Source of the DNA: Myxococcota bacterium
Lineage (GTDB): Bacteria; Myxococcota_A; UBA9160; UBA6930
Direction of reading: 5' to 3'
Length of the DNA stretch: 64,000 nucleotides
Assembly (NCBI GenBank): GCA_965223415.1
Contig: OZ245002.1
Location: 1,824,001 to 1,888,000 of the forward strand
Of this stretch, positions 21,262-33,941 are shown in pieces. Position 1 is the first letter of the stretch. Each line of letters opens with the position of its first letter. The notes below the pieces were generated by a model. The model did not search any database. It saw only the letters and a list, made by a program, of their open reading frames with translations, and had not been told where the DNA came from. Position numbers and translations under genes: made by a program.

Positions 21262-21979
21262 CTTGGAGCCGGTCGAGGAGAAGCTGGCGCGGGTGCTCGG
21301 CGGACCCGTCGGTGCCACCCGCGGCGTCCTGCACGTCGCGGCCGTCGACGCCGGGGACGACGTGCTCCGCATCCGGCCCGACACCCCGAAGAGCGAGCTC
21401 GATCTCTTCCTGCTCGAGACCGCTCGCACCCGGGCCGACGCCATCGTCACGACGGGGCGGATCCTGCGAGAAGAGCCGGGCGTCACCCACGAGAGCCGGG
21501 GCCGCGCCAGCGATCCGTACCTCGTCGTCCTCACCTCGGGACGCGATCTCGACCCGGCCCACCCCGCACTGGCGGCCCGGGTGCGCCCGGTGATCTTCAC
21601 CGCGGCCGACCGGGCCGACGCCCTGCTGCGGGCATTGCCCGACCGCGTCCGCGTCGTCGCCGACGACAATCCCGACATCCGCCGCGCCGTCGCCTTCGCA
21701 CGGGACGAGCTCGCCGCGGGCTGCGTGTCGATCGAGGCGGGGCCGAGCTCCGCGCTCCCGCTCTACGGGGAGCCTCCCGCCGTCGACGAGCTCTGGCTGT
21801 CCAGGGTCCTCGCGCCCGTGGCTCCGCATCTACGGGGCGGGGCGTTCCTGACCGCTTCGAAGCTCGATGCGCTCTTGCCGCTGGCGTCCCGCGCTGAGCA
21901 CGACCAGGAGTCGGGGCGGTGGCGGTTCGAGCGGCGAGTTCGGCAACGAGGGGGGTCGTCGATCGAAGAGCTGCGGTGA
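21242..21979 (+). CDS. RibD C-terminal/DHFR-like reductase
   Basis: RADAIVTTGRILREEP, IEAGP, VDELWL. Confidence 0.65.
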   Translation: MAKRPSSLEPVEEKLARVLGGPVGATRGVLHVAAVDAGDDVLRIRPDTPKSELDLFLLETARTRADAIVTTGRILREEPGVTHESRGRASDPYLVVLTSGRDLDPAHPALAARVRPVIFTAADRADALLRALPDRVRVVADDNPDIRRAVAFARDELAAGCVSIEAGPSSALPLYGEPPAVDELWLSRVLAPVAPHLRGGAFLTASKLDALLPLASRAEHDQESGRWRFERRVRQRGGSSIEELR

Positions 21980-22111
21980 CGCGTGGCGCGGGTTCGGTTG
22001 GAACTGGGGGCGACTGGGTGAGGCGGGCTGCCTTCTTGCTTGTGGGCGCGGAGTCGGCGCGCCGGGCCGGGTGCCGGGTTTGGCCCGCCGTGCTTCGAGA
22101 AAAGGGCGGGC

Positions 22112-22951
<840 letters not shown>

Positions 22952-22971
22952 GGGGCAGAGAGGTAGCAGTC

Positions 22972-24222
22972 GTGGGGAGTACTGGGCATCTTCTGGGTGT
23001 GCCGCAGCGCCTGCTGACGTTCTCCGCTGAGCAGATCGGGACCTTCGTCTCGGAAGCCTGGGCGGCCTATCGGGGTGCCTCCCGCTACCGGGAGGTGCCG
23101 CCGCTCGAGCCCTCTCTCGGGCTGATCGGCGAGGCGCTCCTGGATCGCGCCTTCACCCTGGCGACCAGCCTCGCCGTGGGCGTGCCGCTGCCCGAGCACG
23201 TGCGCATCATGGCCGAGGAAGCCAGCGCGATGCGGGACTTCTTCGACGAGATGGGCTGGATCGACGAGCCCACCCGCTATCACCGCGAGCCGCCTCCGGT
23301 GGACGAGTTCGAGCTCGAGCCCGCGGCGGCCTGGGGCGGGATCCGGCGCTGGCGATATCAGGAGCTCTCCTTCGAGAGCGAGTTCGAGCCCCACGTGGGC
23401 GAGCCGGGCCGCGAGGCCTGGATGGCCCACGAGAAGAACGGGCGGGTCGCCGCCTACGTGCTGGAGCACGAGGGCCCGCCGCGGCCCTGGATCGTCGGCA
23501 TCCACGGCTTCGCCATGGGCACGCCCCTGATCAGCTTCTTCGGCTTCCCGCTCCGGATGCTCCACGAGAAGCTCGGGCTGAACGTGGCGCTGCCGGTGAT
23601 GCCGCTCCACGCGTCACGAAGCGGCGCGGGCTTCAGCGGGCGCGAGGTGCTCGACGCCAACTACGTGCAGATGATCCATCTGTTCAGCCAGGGCGTCTGG
23701 GACACGCGCCGCGTGCTCTCCTGGATCCGCTCGCGGGGCGGGGAGCGGATCGGCCTCTACGGCATCTCGATGGGCGGCTACATCTCGAGCGTCGTGTCGG
23801 CCCTCGATGACGATCTCGACGCGGTCGTGGCGTCGATCCCCATGGTCGACTTTCCGACCTCGGCCCAGGACAACATGCCCTGGATCATGCAGCGCTACGA
23901 CGACGAGATCGAGCTGGACTGGGAGGTGATCCGCGCGATCAGCCACGTCGTCTCGCCCCTCGCCTTCCAGCCACAGGTCCCGAAGAACCGGCGCTTCATC
24001 TTCGCCGGCATCGCCGACCGCGTGGTGCGCCCGGACCAGCCCCGCGCCCTGTGGCGCCACTGGGGCGAGCCGGAGATCGAGTGGTTCTCCGGCGGCCACG
24101 TGCTGGGGATCTTCGAGAGGTCCCTCGAGCCCTTCCTGGAGAAGGCGCTCCGCCAGAGCGGCCTCGTCCACAAGCAGCGCCGCTCCCGCAAGACCACCCG
24201 CCGCCGCCGCACCCGACGTTAA
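22972..24222 (+). CDS. alpha/beta hydrolase
   Basis: IHGF, GISMGG nucleophile elbow, ADRVV, GGH. Confidence 0.8.
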   Translation: MGSTGHLLGVPQRLLTFSAEQIGTFVSEAWAAYRGASRYREVPPLEPSLGLIGEALLDRAFTLATSLAVGVPLPEHVRIMAEEASAMRDFFDEMGWIDEPTRYHREPPPVDEFELEPAAAWGGIRRWRYQELSFESEFEPHVGEPGREAWMAHEKNGRVAAYVLEHEGPPRPWIVGIHGFAMGTPLISFFGFPLRMLHEKLGLNVALPVMPLHASRSGAGFSGREVLDANYVQMIHLFSQGVWDTRRVLSWIRSRGGERIGLYGISMGGYISSVVSALDDDLDAVVASIPMVDFPTSAQDNMPWIMQRYDDEIELDWEVIRAISHVVSPLAFQPQVPKNRRFIFAGIADRVVRPDQPRALWRHWGEPEIEWFSGGHVLGIFERSLEPFLEKALRQSGLVHKQRRSRKTTRRRRTRR

Positions 24223-24291
24223 GTTGGGGGCCGGGTCCGGCAACTGAACATGCCGTCTCGGCATGTTCAGTTGCCGGACCCGGCCCCCAAC

Positions 24292-24297
<6 letters not shown>
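24217..24297. repeat. perfect 39-bp inverted repeat with 3-nt loop between convergent genes (REPIN-like, possible bidirectional terminator)
   Basis: CGTTAAGTTGGGGGCCGGGTCCGGCAACTGAACATGCCG-TCT-CGGCATGTTCAGTTGCCGGACCCGGCCCCCAACTTAACG. Confidence 0.85.
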
Positions 24298-26102
<1,805 letters not shown>

Positions 26103-26106
<4 letters not shown>

Positions 26107-27524
26107 GCCCCGACGAGTGCGATCGAGCGGCCGCGACGGCCCGCCTCGCGCACCAGCTCCTCGAAGGAGGCCGCGATCGCCCCGGTGAAGATGTCGAGGT
26201 CGGGCACCAGGTCGAAATCCGCGTTCAGGCCGAAGCAGAGCCTTCCCTCGTAGCTCAGCACGGCGATGCCGAGCCCGCCGTTCGTGCGCAGCGGCACGCT
26301 GCCGTACGCCTCGACCAGCCGCGCGCCCTTCAGGTAGAGGGGCACCTGGGGACCGGGGATGTTCGTCACCGTGAGGTGCACCGCCGCTCCGCGCAGCGAG
26401 CGCGCCGCCTGGGCCAGCATTCGCGACGAGGTCCAGCCCGCCACGCTGAAGAGGGTCTTCGCGCCGAGAGCCGGGTTCTCCGCGTTCAACATCTCGGTGC
26501 GCTCGCGCACGAGCTGGAAGCGGCGCACCGGGTCCCGCTCCCAGACCGGGAGCTCGAGGATCCACTCGCCGACGCCCTCGTTGCGCTCGCCGCTGCGTAG
26601 GCTCATGGGCAAGGCGGCGCGGAAATCGAGGATGGCCGGATTCACGTGGTGGGCCCGCAGGTAGCGGGCCACGGCGCCCGCGATGACGGTGAGCACCACG
26701 TCGTGCACCGTGCCGCCGAGCTCGCTGCGCACGCTCTTCGCCTGGTCGAAGGGAAGGCTGAGGTTGTCGAAGCGCCGGTGCGGACCGACCTCTCCGTTCA
26801 GAGGGGTCTCCGGGAGACGCTTCAGCGTGTAGCCCACCATCCTGGCCAGGGCGTCGGCGCGGTGGCGGAGATCGTCGCCGAGGTCCTCCGTCTCCTGCAC
26901 CCAGGAGGTGAGCCGTCGCATCGCTCGCCGCGGCAGCCTCGCCTGGCGCAGCACTTCGTCGCGCACCAGCTCCGCCGCCGTCGGCATGGGGCGCGGGTGG
27001 TAGGGCGGCGGCGCCTCGTAGATCTCCTCGGCGTCCGGCGAGAGCAGCACCTGCAGGAGGTCCGTCCCCGCGCCGTCGACCATCGCGCTGTGGGTCTTCA
27101 GCAGGAGGGCGAAGCGTCCACCCTCCATGCCCTCCAGCACCCAGGCCTCCCAGAGCGGCCGCGAGCGGTCGAGCCGCTGGGCCTGCACCCGGGCCGTGAG
27201 CCTGTGGAGCTGCTCGTCGCCGCCGGGTCGGGCCAGGCTGGTGTGGCGCAGGTGGTAGTCGAGATTGAACTCCCGGTCGTCCACCCACACCGGATGGTTC
27301 TCCAGCGGGATCCAGCGCAGCTTGCGCCGGTACTGGGGCACGCGGTGGAGGCGGGACTCGACGGCCGAACGGATCGCGGCGAAGTCCACGCCGCCGCCCT
27401 CGGTGGCCAGGGGACCGGGCTCGAAGATCAGCATGGCGCCGGAGTGCTGGAAGCGGCGCGAGCTCTCTCGCTCCAGCAGGCTCGCGCTCTCGTGGCTCAG
27501 ACGGTCGTAGGCGTAACGCGGCAC
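26103..27524 (-). CDS. wax ester synthase/diacylglycerol acyltransferase (WS/DGAT)
   Basis: LDRSRPLWE, THSAMVDG (variant of HHxxxDG), TNIPGP. Confidence 0.85.
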
Positions 27525-28162
27525 TAGGCTCTCCTCGAGACCAGGCCCGTGAGGGCCAGGTCGATCATCGGCTCCACCATGTCCGGGTGCACCTCCATCC
27601 CGCGGAAGAAGAGGCGCACGGCGATCGGCCCGACGACGAGATCCGCCGCCAGGTCGGGATCGACGCCCGGCGCGAGCTCGCCGCGCTCACGGGCGCGCTC
27701 GAAGGCCCGGGCCAAGGGGAGCCGTCGGCCCTTGAGCATCGGGTCGAGCAGCTCCGAGAGATCCGGGTTGTGGGCCCGCTCGGCGGCCAGGCTCGGGTAG
27801 ACCGTGGCCAGCGGCGTCGCCAGGAAGTTCTCCAGGTAGCGCCGGAGCATGGCCTTGAGATCGCCCTCCAGGCTGCCCGTGTCCACGTCCTCGAAGGCCG
27901 GCAGCTGGCCGAAGGCCTCGACCACCAGCGGCAGCTTGGAAGGCCAGCGGCGGTAGATCGTGGCCTTTCCGACACCGGCCCGGTGGGCGACCCCCTCCAC
28001 CGTGAGGGCGGAGAAGCCCACCTCGGAGAGAAGGTCGAGGGTGGCCGTGAGGATGGCCTGGTGGGCCTCCTCGCTCCGGGGTCGCCCGGCGCTCGCACCC
28101 CCGTCGCCTCGGGACCGCACGCTCGCCTCCTTCCGCGGGAAGCCGTCGTCGGCCCCCGGCAC
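27524..28162 (-). CDS. TetR/AcrR-family transcriptional regulator
   Basis: GRPRSEEAHQAIL...AGVGKATIYRRWPSK; DTGSLEGDL. Confidence 0.92.
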   Translation of the reverse strand: MPGADDGFPRKEASVRSRGDGGASAGRPRSEEAHQAILTATLDLLSEVGFSALTVEGVAHRAGVGKATIYRRWPSKLPLVVEAFGQLPAFEDVDTGSLEGDLKAMLRRYLENFLATPLATVYPSLAAERAHNPDLSELLDPMLKGRRLPLARAFERARERGELAPGVDPDLAADLVVGPIAVRLFFRGMEVHPDMVEPMIDLALTGLVSRRA

Positions 28163-28169
28163 ACCTAAT

Positions 28170-28190
28170 TACGATACAGTACGTCTCGAT
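28170..28190. promoter_or_regulatory. putative TetR autoregulatory operator
   Basis: TACGATACA-GTA-CGTCTCGAT between divergent tetR and P450; matches 10382-10402. Confidence 0.6.
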
Positions 28191-28210
28191 TCTGATCGAG
28201 AGGAGGCCCG

Positions 28211-28389
28211 ATGGTCGACTACCACCCGTTCTCCCAGCAGGTCATCGATGACCCCCAGGCGATCTACCAGAAGCTCCGGGAGGAGGACCCCTGCTTCTAC
28301 CTCGAGGAGTGGGACTGCTTCTTCCTCTCCCGCTTCGAGGACATCTGGGAAGCCTCGATGGACGGCGAGAACTACTCCACCGAGGAGGG
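28211..28389 (+). pseudogene. cytochrome P450 N-terminal fragment cut by IS21
   Basis: MVDYHPFS...DPQAIYQKLREEDP...LSRFEDI...YST after a strong RBS; frame runs into the IS end at 28390; remainder not found in the window. Confidence 0.75.
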
Positions 28390-28472
28390 TGTCGCAGGAC
28401 GTGATATTCGAGGGCTAAGAGGACACGTAGATTTGCGCACCTCCTGTTGAGCCGCTGCGCGGCACGTTCCCC

Positions 28473-29759
28473 GTGAGGGAGGGGGGCGTGGGGCAGCGGC
28501 GACTGAGGCAGGAGGAAGTGATGACGATCGAAGTGCTGCACGAGCGGGGGTGCTCGAACCGGGAGATCGCCCGCCAGCTGGGGATCCGGGAGAGCGCGGT
28601 GCGCTACCGGCTGAAGCGGCTGGCGGAGGGGGCGCGAGACGGCCGGAGCGGGAAGCCCTTCCTGGCCGAGGCGGTCCACGAGGTGATCGCGGAGTGGCTG
28701 GAGGCGAGCTCGGGAGGCCGTGGCGTGAACCTGCAGGAGCTTCACGAGTTCCTGGTGGAGGAGCACGGGTACACGGGGAGCTCCAAGAGCGTGCAGCGGT
28801 ACGTGCGGGCCCGGTTCCCGAGACCGAAGGTGCGGAGCCGGCGTCGGGTGGAGACACCGCCCGGGGCGCAGGGTCAGGTGGACTGGGGCGAGTTTCCGGG
28901 CGTGCGGATCGGGGGCCAGGAGGTGGACCTGCATGCCTTCCACCTGGTGCTCTCGCACTCGCGGCGAGAAGCGGTGGTGTGGTCGGAGCGGGCGGACACG
29001 CTGGCGTGGCTGGACGTGCACAACCGGGCCTTCGAGCGGCTGGGCGGGGTGCCGGCGGTGCTGCGGGTCGACAACGTGAAGACAGCGGTGGCGAAGGGGG
29101 CGGGGCCATGGGGGACGGTGAACCCGGCTTACGCGAGCTATGCCGGGGCCCTTCGCTTCCACGTGGACGCCACCCGTCCCCGCCAGCCGCAGGAGAAGGG
29201 GAAGGTGGAGCGTCGGATCCTGGGGCACCGGCGGGGCTTCGATCCGCGTCGGCGGGAGCACGAGAGCCTGGAGTCGCTGCAAGCGTGGACGGACGGCCAG
29301 GTGGCGCGCTCGAGCCACCGGCGGCAGTGCCCGGCGACGGGCACGACGGTCTTCCAGGCGTGGGAGGCGGAGAAGCCCCATCTCGGGGCCCTGCCCGAGC
29401 GGCTTCCCGAGCCCTTCGACCTGGCCGTGATGCGACGTGTCGGGCGCGACGCCACGGTGCGCTTCGAGGGGCGTACCTACAGCGTCCCCTTCCGCTTCGT
29501 CGAGCAGAGCGTCGAGGTGCGCGGCTGCGCCCGGCAGGTGCAGGTCTGGGCCGAGGGCTCGGTGGTGGCCGCGCACCCGCGCCACACGCGAAGCCGCCTG
29601 CTGCTGGACCCGAGCCACTACGAGGGGCCGAGCACGGAGGGGGTGGAGGCGCCCGTACCGCTCGGGCGCATGGGTCGACGCCTCCAGGAGCTGTGGGCGA
29701 TGGAGCCGGAGCAGCGGCCGATCGACCTCTATGCCGATCTGGCGGAGGTGGCGCGATGA
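28473..29759 (+). CDS. istA: IS21 transposase IstA
   Basis: N-terminal HTH, ETPPGAQGQVDWG, DNVKTAV, KGKVER; exact start uncertain. Confidence 0.92.
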   Translation: MREGGVGQRRLRQEEVMTIEVLHERGCSNREIARQLGIRESAVRYRLKRLAEGARDGRSGKPFLAEAVHEVIAEWLEASSGGRGVNLQELHEFLVEEHGYTGSSKSVQRYVRARFPRPKVRSRRRVETPPGAQGQVDWGEFPGVRIGGQEVDLHAFHLVLSHSRREAVVWSERADTLAWLDVHNRAFERLGGVPAVLRVDNVKTAVAKGAGPWGTVNPAYASYAGALRFHVDATRPRQPQEKGKVERRILGHRRGFDPRRREHESLESLQAWTDGQVARSSHRRQCPATGTTVFQAWEAEKPHLGALPERLPEPFDLAVMRRVGRDATVRFEGRTYSVPFRFVEQSVEVRGCARQVQVWAEGSVVAAHPRHTRSRLLLDPSHYEGPSTEGVEAPVPLGRMGRRLQELWAMEPEQRPIDLYADLAEVAR

Positions 29760-30556
29760 CGGCGGGAAACCCGGTGCCCAAGAAGGGCGGCAAGGTGGAT
29801 CTCGACCCGACCCGCGAGCGGCTCGTGCGCCTCGGCCTCCATCACGCGGCCGAGCACATCGGCGAGGAGCTGGCCCGAGCGACCAAGGACGACCTCGTGC
29901 CCCACCGCTTCCTCGACCTGCTGCTCGAGGCCGAGCTGCAGCACCGCGAGGAGCGGAGGATGAAGACCTCGCTCCGTCTCTCGGGCCTTCCCACGGGGCA
30001 GACCCTCGGCAACTTCGACTTCGCCTTCCAGCCGAGTGTGGAGCGGAGCCGGATCGAGACGCTGGGCACCTGCGCGTGGATCCGGGCCAAGGAGAGTCTG
30101 CTGATCCAGGGTCCGCCGGGAGTGGGCAAGACCCACCTGGCGGTGGCCCTGGGGGTGCGGGCCGTGGAGAACGGCTTCTCCGTGGCCTTCCATCGCCTCG
30201 AGGACCTGCTGGCGGCCCTCAAGCGCGACGCCGAGATCAGCCCGCAACGGCTGCGGCGGCGCAAGCACATGAACGTGGCGCTCCTCGTCATCGACGAGGT
30301 CGGCTTCGAGCCCATGACGCGCCAGGAGGCGAGCCTCTTCTTCCGGCTCGTCTCCTACCGCTATGGGAGGGGCTCGATCCTGATCACCACGAACAAGGGC
30401 ATCGCCGACTGGCCCGAGGTGCTGGCGGGCGACGAGGTGCTGGCCACCGCCATCCTCGATCGCCTCCTCCACCACAGCCAGGTGCTCAACATCTCGGGGC
30501 GGAGCTACCGGCTCCGCGAGCTCGAGCAGGCCGCGGGGCAAAGCGCCCAGCGTTGA
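29756..30556 (+). CDS. istB: IS21 helper ATPase IstB
   Basis: ATGA overlap; FDFAFQP, GPPGVGKT, IDEVG, AILDRLLHH. Confidence 0.92.
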   Translation: MTAGNPVPKKGGKVDLDPTRERLVRLGLHHAAEHIGEELARATKDDLVPHRFLDLLLEAELQHREERRMKTSLRLSGLPTGQTLGNFDFAFQPSVERSRIETLGTCAWIRAKESLLIQGPPGVGKTHLAVALGVRAVENGFSVAFHRLEDLLAALKRDAEISPQRLRRRKHMNVALLVIDEVGFEPMTRQEASLFFRLVSYRYGRGSILITTNKGIADWPEVLAGDEVLATAILDRLLHHSQVLNISGRSYRLRELEQAAGQSAQR

Positions 30557-30691
30557 GGCCCCAGAGGGCGGCCTGACGGCCGTGCTCTCCTTCGGAGAGC
30601 GGAAGAGAAGAAGGAAGAACCGAACATCAACCCAGGGGGGTGCGCAAAACTAGCCGTCCTCTTAGCGCGCAAGAGATGACGTCCCTCGACA

Positions 30692-31565
30692 ATCTCATCG
30701 ATCGCCGCACCGAGGAGACCTCTCGTGAATCTGACTGAACTCGATCCCGCACTGCGCAAGCTCCGGCTCTCGGGCATGGCCGAGCATCTGGAGATGCGGC
30801 TCCTCGAAGCCCAGAAGGGCGAGTGGGCGGCCATCGACCTGCTCTCGGCGCTCGTCCAGGACGAGCTCGAGCGCCGGCAGGACCGACTGCTGGCCCGGCG
30901 CATCAAGCAGGCCCGCTTCCGCGACGCCAACCGGACCCTCAACGGCTTCGACTTCCGCTTCAATACGAAGATCGATCGCGCCCTGGTCTTCGAGCTCGCC
31001 ACGGGCCGCTTCCTCGAGCAAGCCGAGGACGCTGTCTTCCTCGGCCCGCCGGGCACGGGCAAGAGCCATCTCGCCCAGGCGATCGGCCTCGCCGTCATCC
31101 ACCAGGGCCATCGCGTCGCCTACCGCGAGGTCCACGTCCTCCTCGAGGAACTCGCTGATGCGACCCTCGACGGCACCCGCAAGGAGTACCTGGCCGAGAT
31201 GGCGAGCGTGCCGCTGCTCATCCTTGACGACCTCGGCATGCGCAAGCTCCCCACCACGGCCGCCGAGGACCTGCTCGAGCTCATCATGCGCCGCTACGAG
31301 CGCACCAGCACCCTCGTCACCTCGAACCGACCCGTCGACGACTGGGGCCGGCTCCTCGGCGACACGGCAGCCGTCACCGCCATGCTCGACCGCCTCCTCC
31401 ACCACGGCCACCTGCTCAAGTGCGGACCCCGCAGCTGGCGCACCAAGAAGACCACGGCCTTGCCGAAGGAGGCTCCGGCGCGGTAGAACCCCTCTGTCCT
31501 GGGCGCGGCCCTTTGGCCGCCTTTGAGACGTCCACCTTTGGCCGGTTTTCAGACGTCCACCGAGG
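30692..31565 (+). mobile_element. IS21-family element 2, left-truncated (istA tail, istB, right end)
   Basis: Only the last codons of istA remain (LIDRRTEETSR); end repeats TGGCCGCCTTTGAGACGTCCACC and TGGCCGGTTTTCAGACGTCCACCGAGG; right boundary approximate. Confidence 0.8.
30725..31486 (+). CDS. istB: IS21 helper ATPase IstB
   Basis: LRLSGM, FDFRFN, GPPGTGKS, LDDLG, MLDRLLHH. Confidence 0.92.
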   Translation: MNLTELDPALRKLRLSGMAEHLEMRLLEAQKGEWAAIDLLSALVQDELERRQDRLLARRIKQARFRDANRTLNGFDFRFNTKIDRALVFELATGRFLEQAEDAVFLGPPGTGKSHLAQAIGLAVIHQGHRVAYREVHVLLEELADATLDGTRKEYLAEMASVPLLILDDLGMRKLPTTAAEDLLELIMRRYERTSTLVTSNRPVDDWGRLLGDTAAVTAMLDRLLHHGHLLKCGPRSWRTKKTTALPKEAPAR

Positions 31566-32556
31566 CCTTCTCCTCCGGATCGTTGGCATCGGCATCCGTG
31601 TGCTGTTGAAGCGAGGGAAACGTCATTCGCTCGAATCGATCGAGCTCGTACCACAACTGCTTGATGCTGAAGGGAACAGGAGAGTCCGCTGTGAGCGTTT
31701 CGGGTGGAGGCGGGATCGCGAGTTCCGCGGACGCGTTCAGCTTCATGTCGAGGATCCTCTCCCTGATTGCCGCCTCATGATTGGGCTGGAGCCCACCCAG
31801 AGTAAGTTCTTGCAGCTCAGCGAATGGAAGTGCCCAGAAGGGGATCCAGAGCGGCCTCTCGTTGGCACCCTCCTTTGGCCGGATGCGAAACACCCGTGCG
31901 CGATCGCCAAGCGCGGCTGCGTACTCGCCGTGCGGATCGATGACGATCGAGCGAGCATTGGGCAGGCTTCCGTCGGAAAGCGCCTCAAGAAGCACGGTCA
32001 CTAGGTTTGACTTCCCAGCACCTGTCGAGCCCACGACTGCGCTGTGCCGGCTTACCAGTCCTCCCACGCTGATATCCGCTGAGATACCCGAAGCAGAAGC
32101 GATGGTGCCGATGGGAACGGTCCCCTTTTTCTTACTGGTCCAGCCGTATATGGTCCGAAGGTCTTCAATCGTGACCAGGTGTACCTCGTCACCAACGGTG
32201 GGATACTGTCCGACTCCCCTCTCGAACTCTCCACCGAGGCCCTCCCCGAAAAGGACAATCGTCATCCACCGATAGCCTGAGAGCTTAACCTGGGTGTCCG
32301 CCTCGAGCGCGACGACGACTGGCTCGGAGCCGGCCGGCGGCGCGGCATCTGCCCCGATCTGTGTGCACACACCGTAGAGGTTGGTGTACCCGAGAGGGAT
32401 GCGGAGAAATCCGCCGATCTGTCCCACCCGATGAGACTCACCGCCGACCAACACCAAGGTGGACGGCATATCCTCTCGCATGCGTACGCGAACGATGGCG
32501 CCAGAGACCGATGCGACTTGACCTACGTAGGTGGGGTCCGCGAGAGCCATCGTCAT
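31549..32556 (-). pseudogene. herA: HerA/DUF87 ATPase, 3'-truncated by IS21 element 2
   Basis: HAS-barrel-like N-terminus, FERGVGQYP, GSTGAGKS, IDPHGEY; no Walker B or C-terminal half; stop codon lies in the IS end. Confidence 0.85.
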
Positions 32557-33765
32557 CTAACCCGCTGTCATCGATCCGAGAAGCGCACAGAAGCAGGCGA
32601 AATCACCGATCTTCATTCGGCCCGCTCCAGATCCTTCTCCGGCTCCTTCACCCGCTCCTGCAGTCTCGAAGACCAGCCTCAATAGGGAGGGACTTTCAAC
32701 GGCGGCCCACGCGGCGCGCTGGCCACCGATGATTCCGCTTTCCGGGCCGAGAACGATCATGTTAGAACGCTGCAACGCACGTCGCGCGAGGTCGGCTTCC
32801 TGATCCGGCTCGTTGAATTGTAGGGCGTACACATGGGTTCGGGGTCTGTTCTCAAGAGCCCCGAAGATCAGATTGTTGATGTGTTCGTCGCTAAAGCTGA
32901 ATCCTGCGACGACGAGCAGCGCATCATCTTGGTCGAGGAAGCGGCTAAGGCGGTCGGTAAACGCGACATAGGGTTGCTGACGCGATTCGTCGTACTTCTG
33001 GAACGACGGCAGGATCATCTCTCCGGCCGGATCCGGTTCGCCCCGCGTGATCCGCTCTCGTCCGTTGACCAACGTGCGACGCCATGTGACGGAGCCGTGC
33101 ATCTTCCACAGGCGCGTCCAGTTTGCACCTGGCGCGGTCTCCGACCGACGCAGACTGTCCGGGTGGAAGAACGGTCGATATCCACCCACGAAGCCATCGA
33201 ACGTCGGCACCCGCTCGCTCTCAAGGGCGTGTTCAATCAGCACGTCGTAGTTCACAGTGAAGATCTCTACGGGTTGCTGACGCGCCGTCTTCACGAGCCA
33301 TCGCGCAAGCTGCCGATGCGGGAGATTGTCGCCGATTGCGGCCAGATTGGGGTTGACGGACTCCGCGATCGTCCTTCGGATCGACTTCTCGAGCTCGTCG
33401 AGTTCTCCTCTTCCGAGGCCGCACAACGTATCTGCGTCACTGACGGCGGAAAGCATCATGCGGACGCGGGAGAGGATGCTCTCCACGTTTGGATTGACTG
33501 CCGTTTCCTTGCATTCATTTTCGATCAGGTCCCAAGCAGGTGCGAACTTGTCGCCGAGTTCTCCTGCCGCCGTCTTGCAGAGCGCGGTCAATTCTGGCAC
33601 GGCCGGAATGAGAGGTTTCTTGCTGCCGTCGCCGCTCTCAACTGTGACAGCACAGGAGGTTCCCGCACCAAACAGAAAGGCGATCGGCTTGTCGTGGCGC
33701 GCGAGATGGTCCTTCAGATCGGAGAGGATCTTCTGGGTGTCGTGTGACGGCGGCGCGTCGCTCAT
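32557..33765 (-). CDS. SIR2-family NADase (Sir2-HerA defence type)
   Basis: ATG 33765; FLFGAGTS, IFTVNYD, KMHGS, GFSFSDEHIN; stop abuts the herA ATG. Confidence 0.9.
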   Translation of the reverse strand: MSDAPPSHDTQKILSDLKDHLARHDKPIAFLFGAGTSCAVTVESGDGSKKPLIPAVPELTALCKTAAGELGDKFAPAWDLIENECKETAVNPNVESILSRVRMMLSAVSDADTLCGLGRGELDELEKSIRRTIAESVNPNLAAIGDNLPHRQLARWLVKTARQQPVEIFTVNYDVLIEHALESERVPTFDGFVGGYRPFFHPDSLRRSETAPGANWTRLWKMHGSVTWRRTLVNGRERITRGEPDPAGEMILPSFQKYDESRQQPYVAFTDRLSRFLDQDDALLVVAGFSFSDEHINNLIFGALENRPRTHVYALQFNEPDQEADLARRALQRSNMIVLGPESGIIGGQRAAWAAVESPSLLRLVFETAGAGEGAGEGSGAGRMKIGDFACFCALLGSMTAG

Positions 33766-33941
33766 CCGCTTGCTCCCTGTCATTTCTCACGGGCATGACT
33801 CACCTTTTCTCACGGGCATGACCCAGGCCTGACCGCGGTTTTCTCACGAGCATGACCCACCCCAGATGGGGGGGGCTCAGGAGGAGGCCGGTCCCGTGGC
33901 CGACCCAGGCCATTCTGCGGCGCCAGAGGAGGCGCAGGCAG

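Larger units (their letters stand above)
28390..30691 (+). mobile_element. IS21-family element 1 (complete, no target duplication)
   Basis: Imperfect ~50-bp TIRs TGTCGCAGGACGTGAT...GCTAAGAGGAC...TTTGCGCAC; istA-istB; flanks differ (GAGGG vs ATCTC). Confidence 0.9.

Noticed and set aside
31512..31565. Tandem ~24-bp repeats after istB
   Set aside because: These are the terminal repeats of IS21 element 2.
33778..33860. Three TTCTCACG(G/A)GCATGAC repeats resembling a mini CRISPR array
   Set aside because: They lie at the IS21 left end and recur inverted at the right end, as expected for IstA binding boxes; spacers are too short and there are no cas genes.
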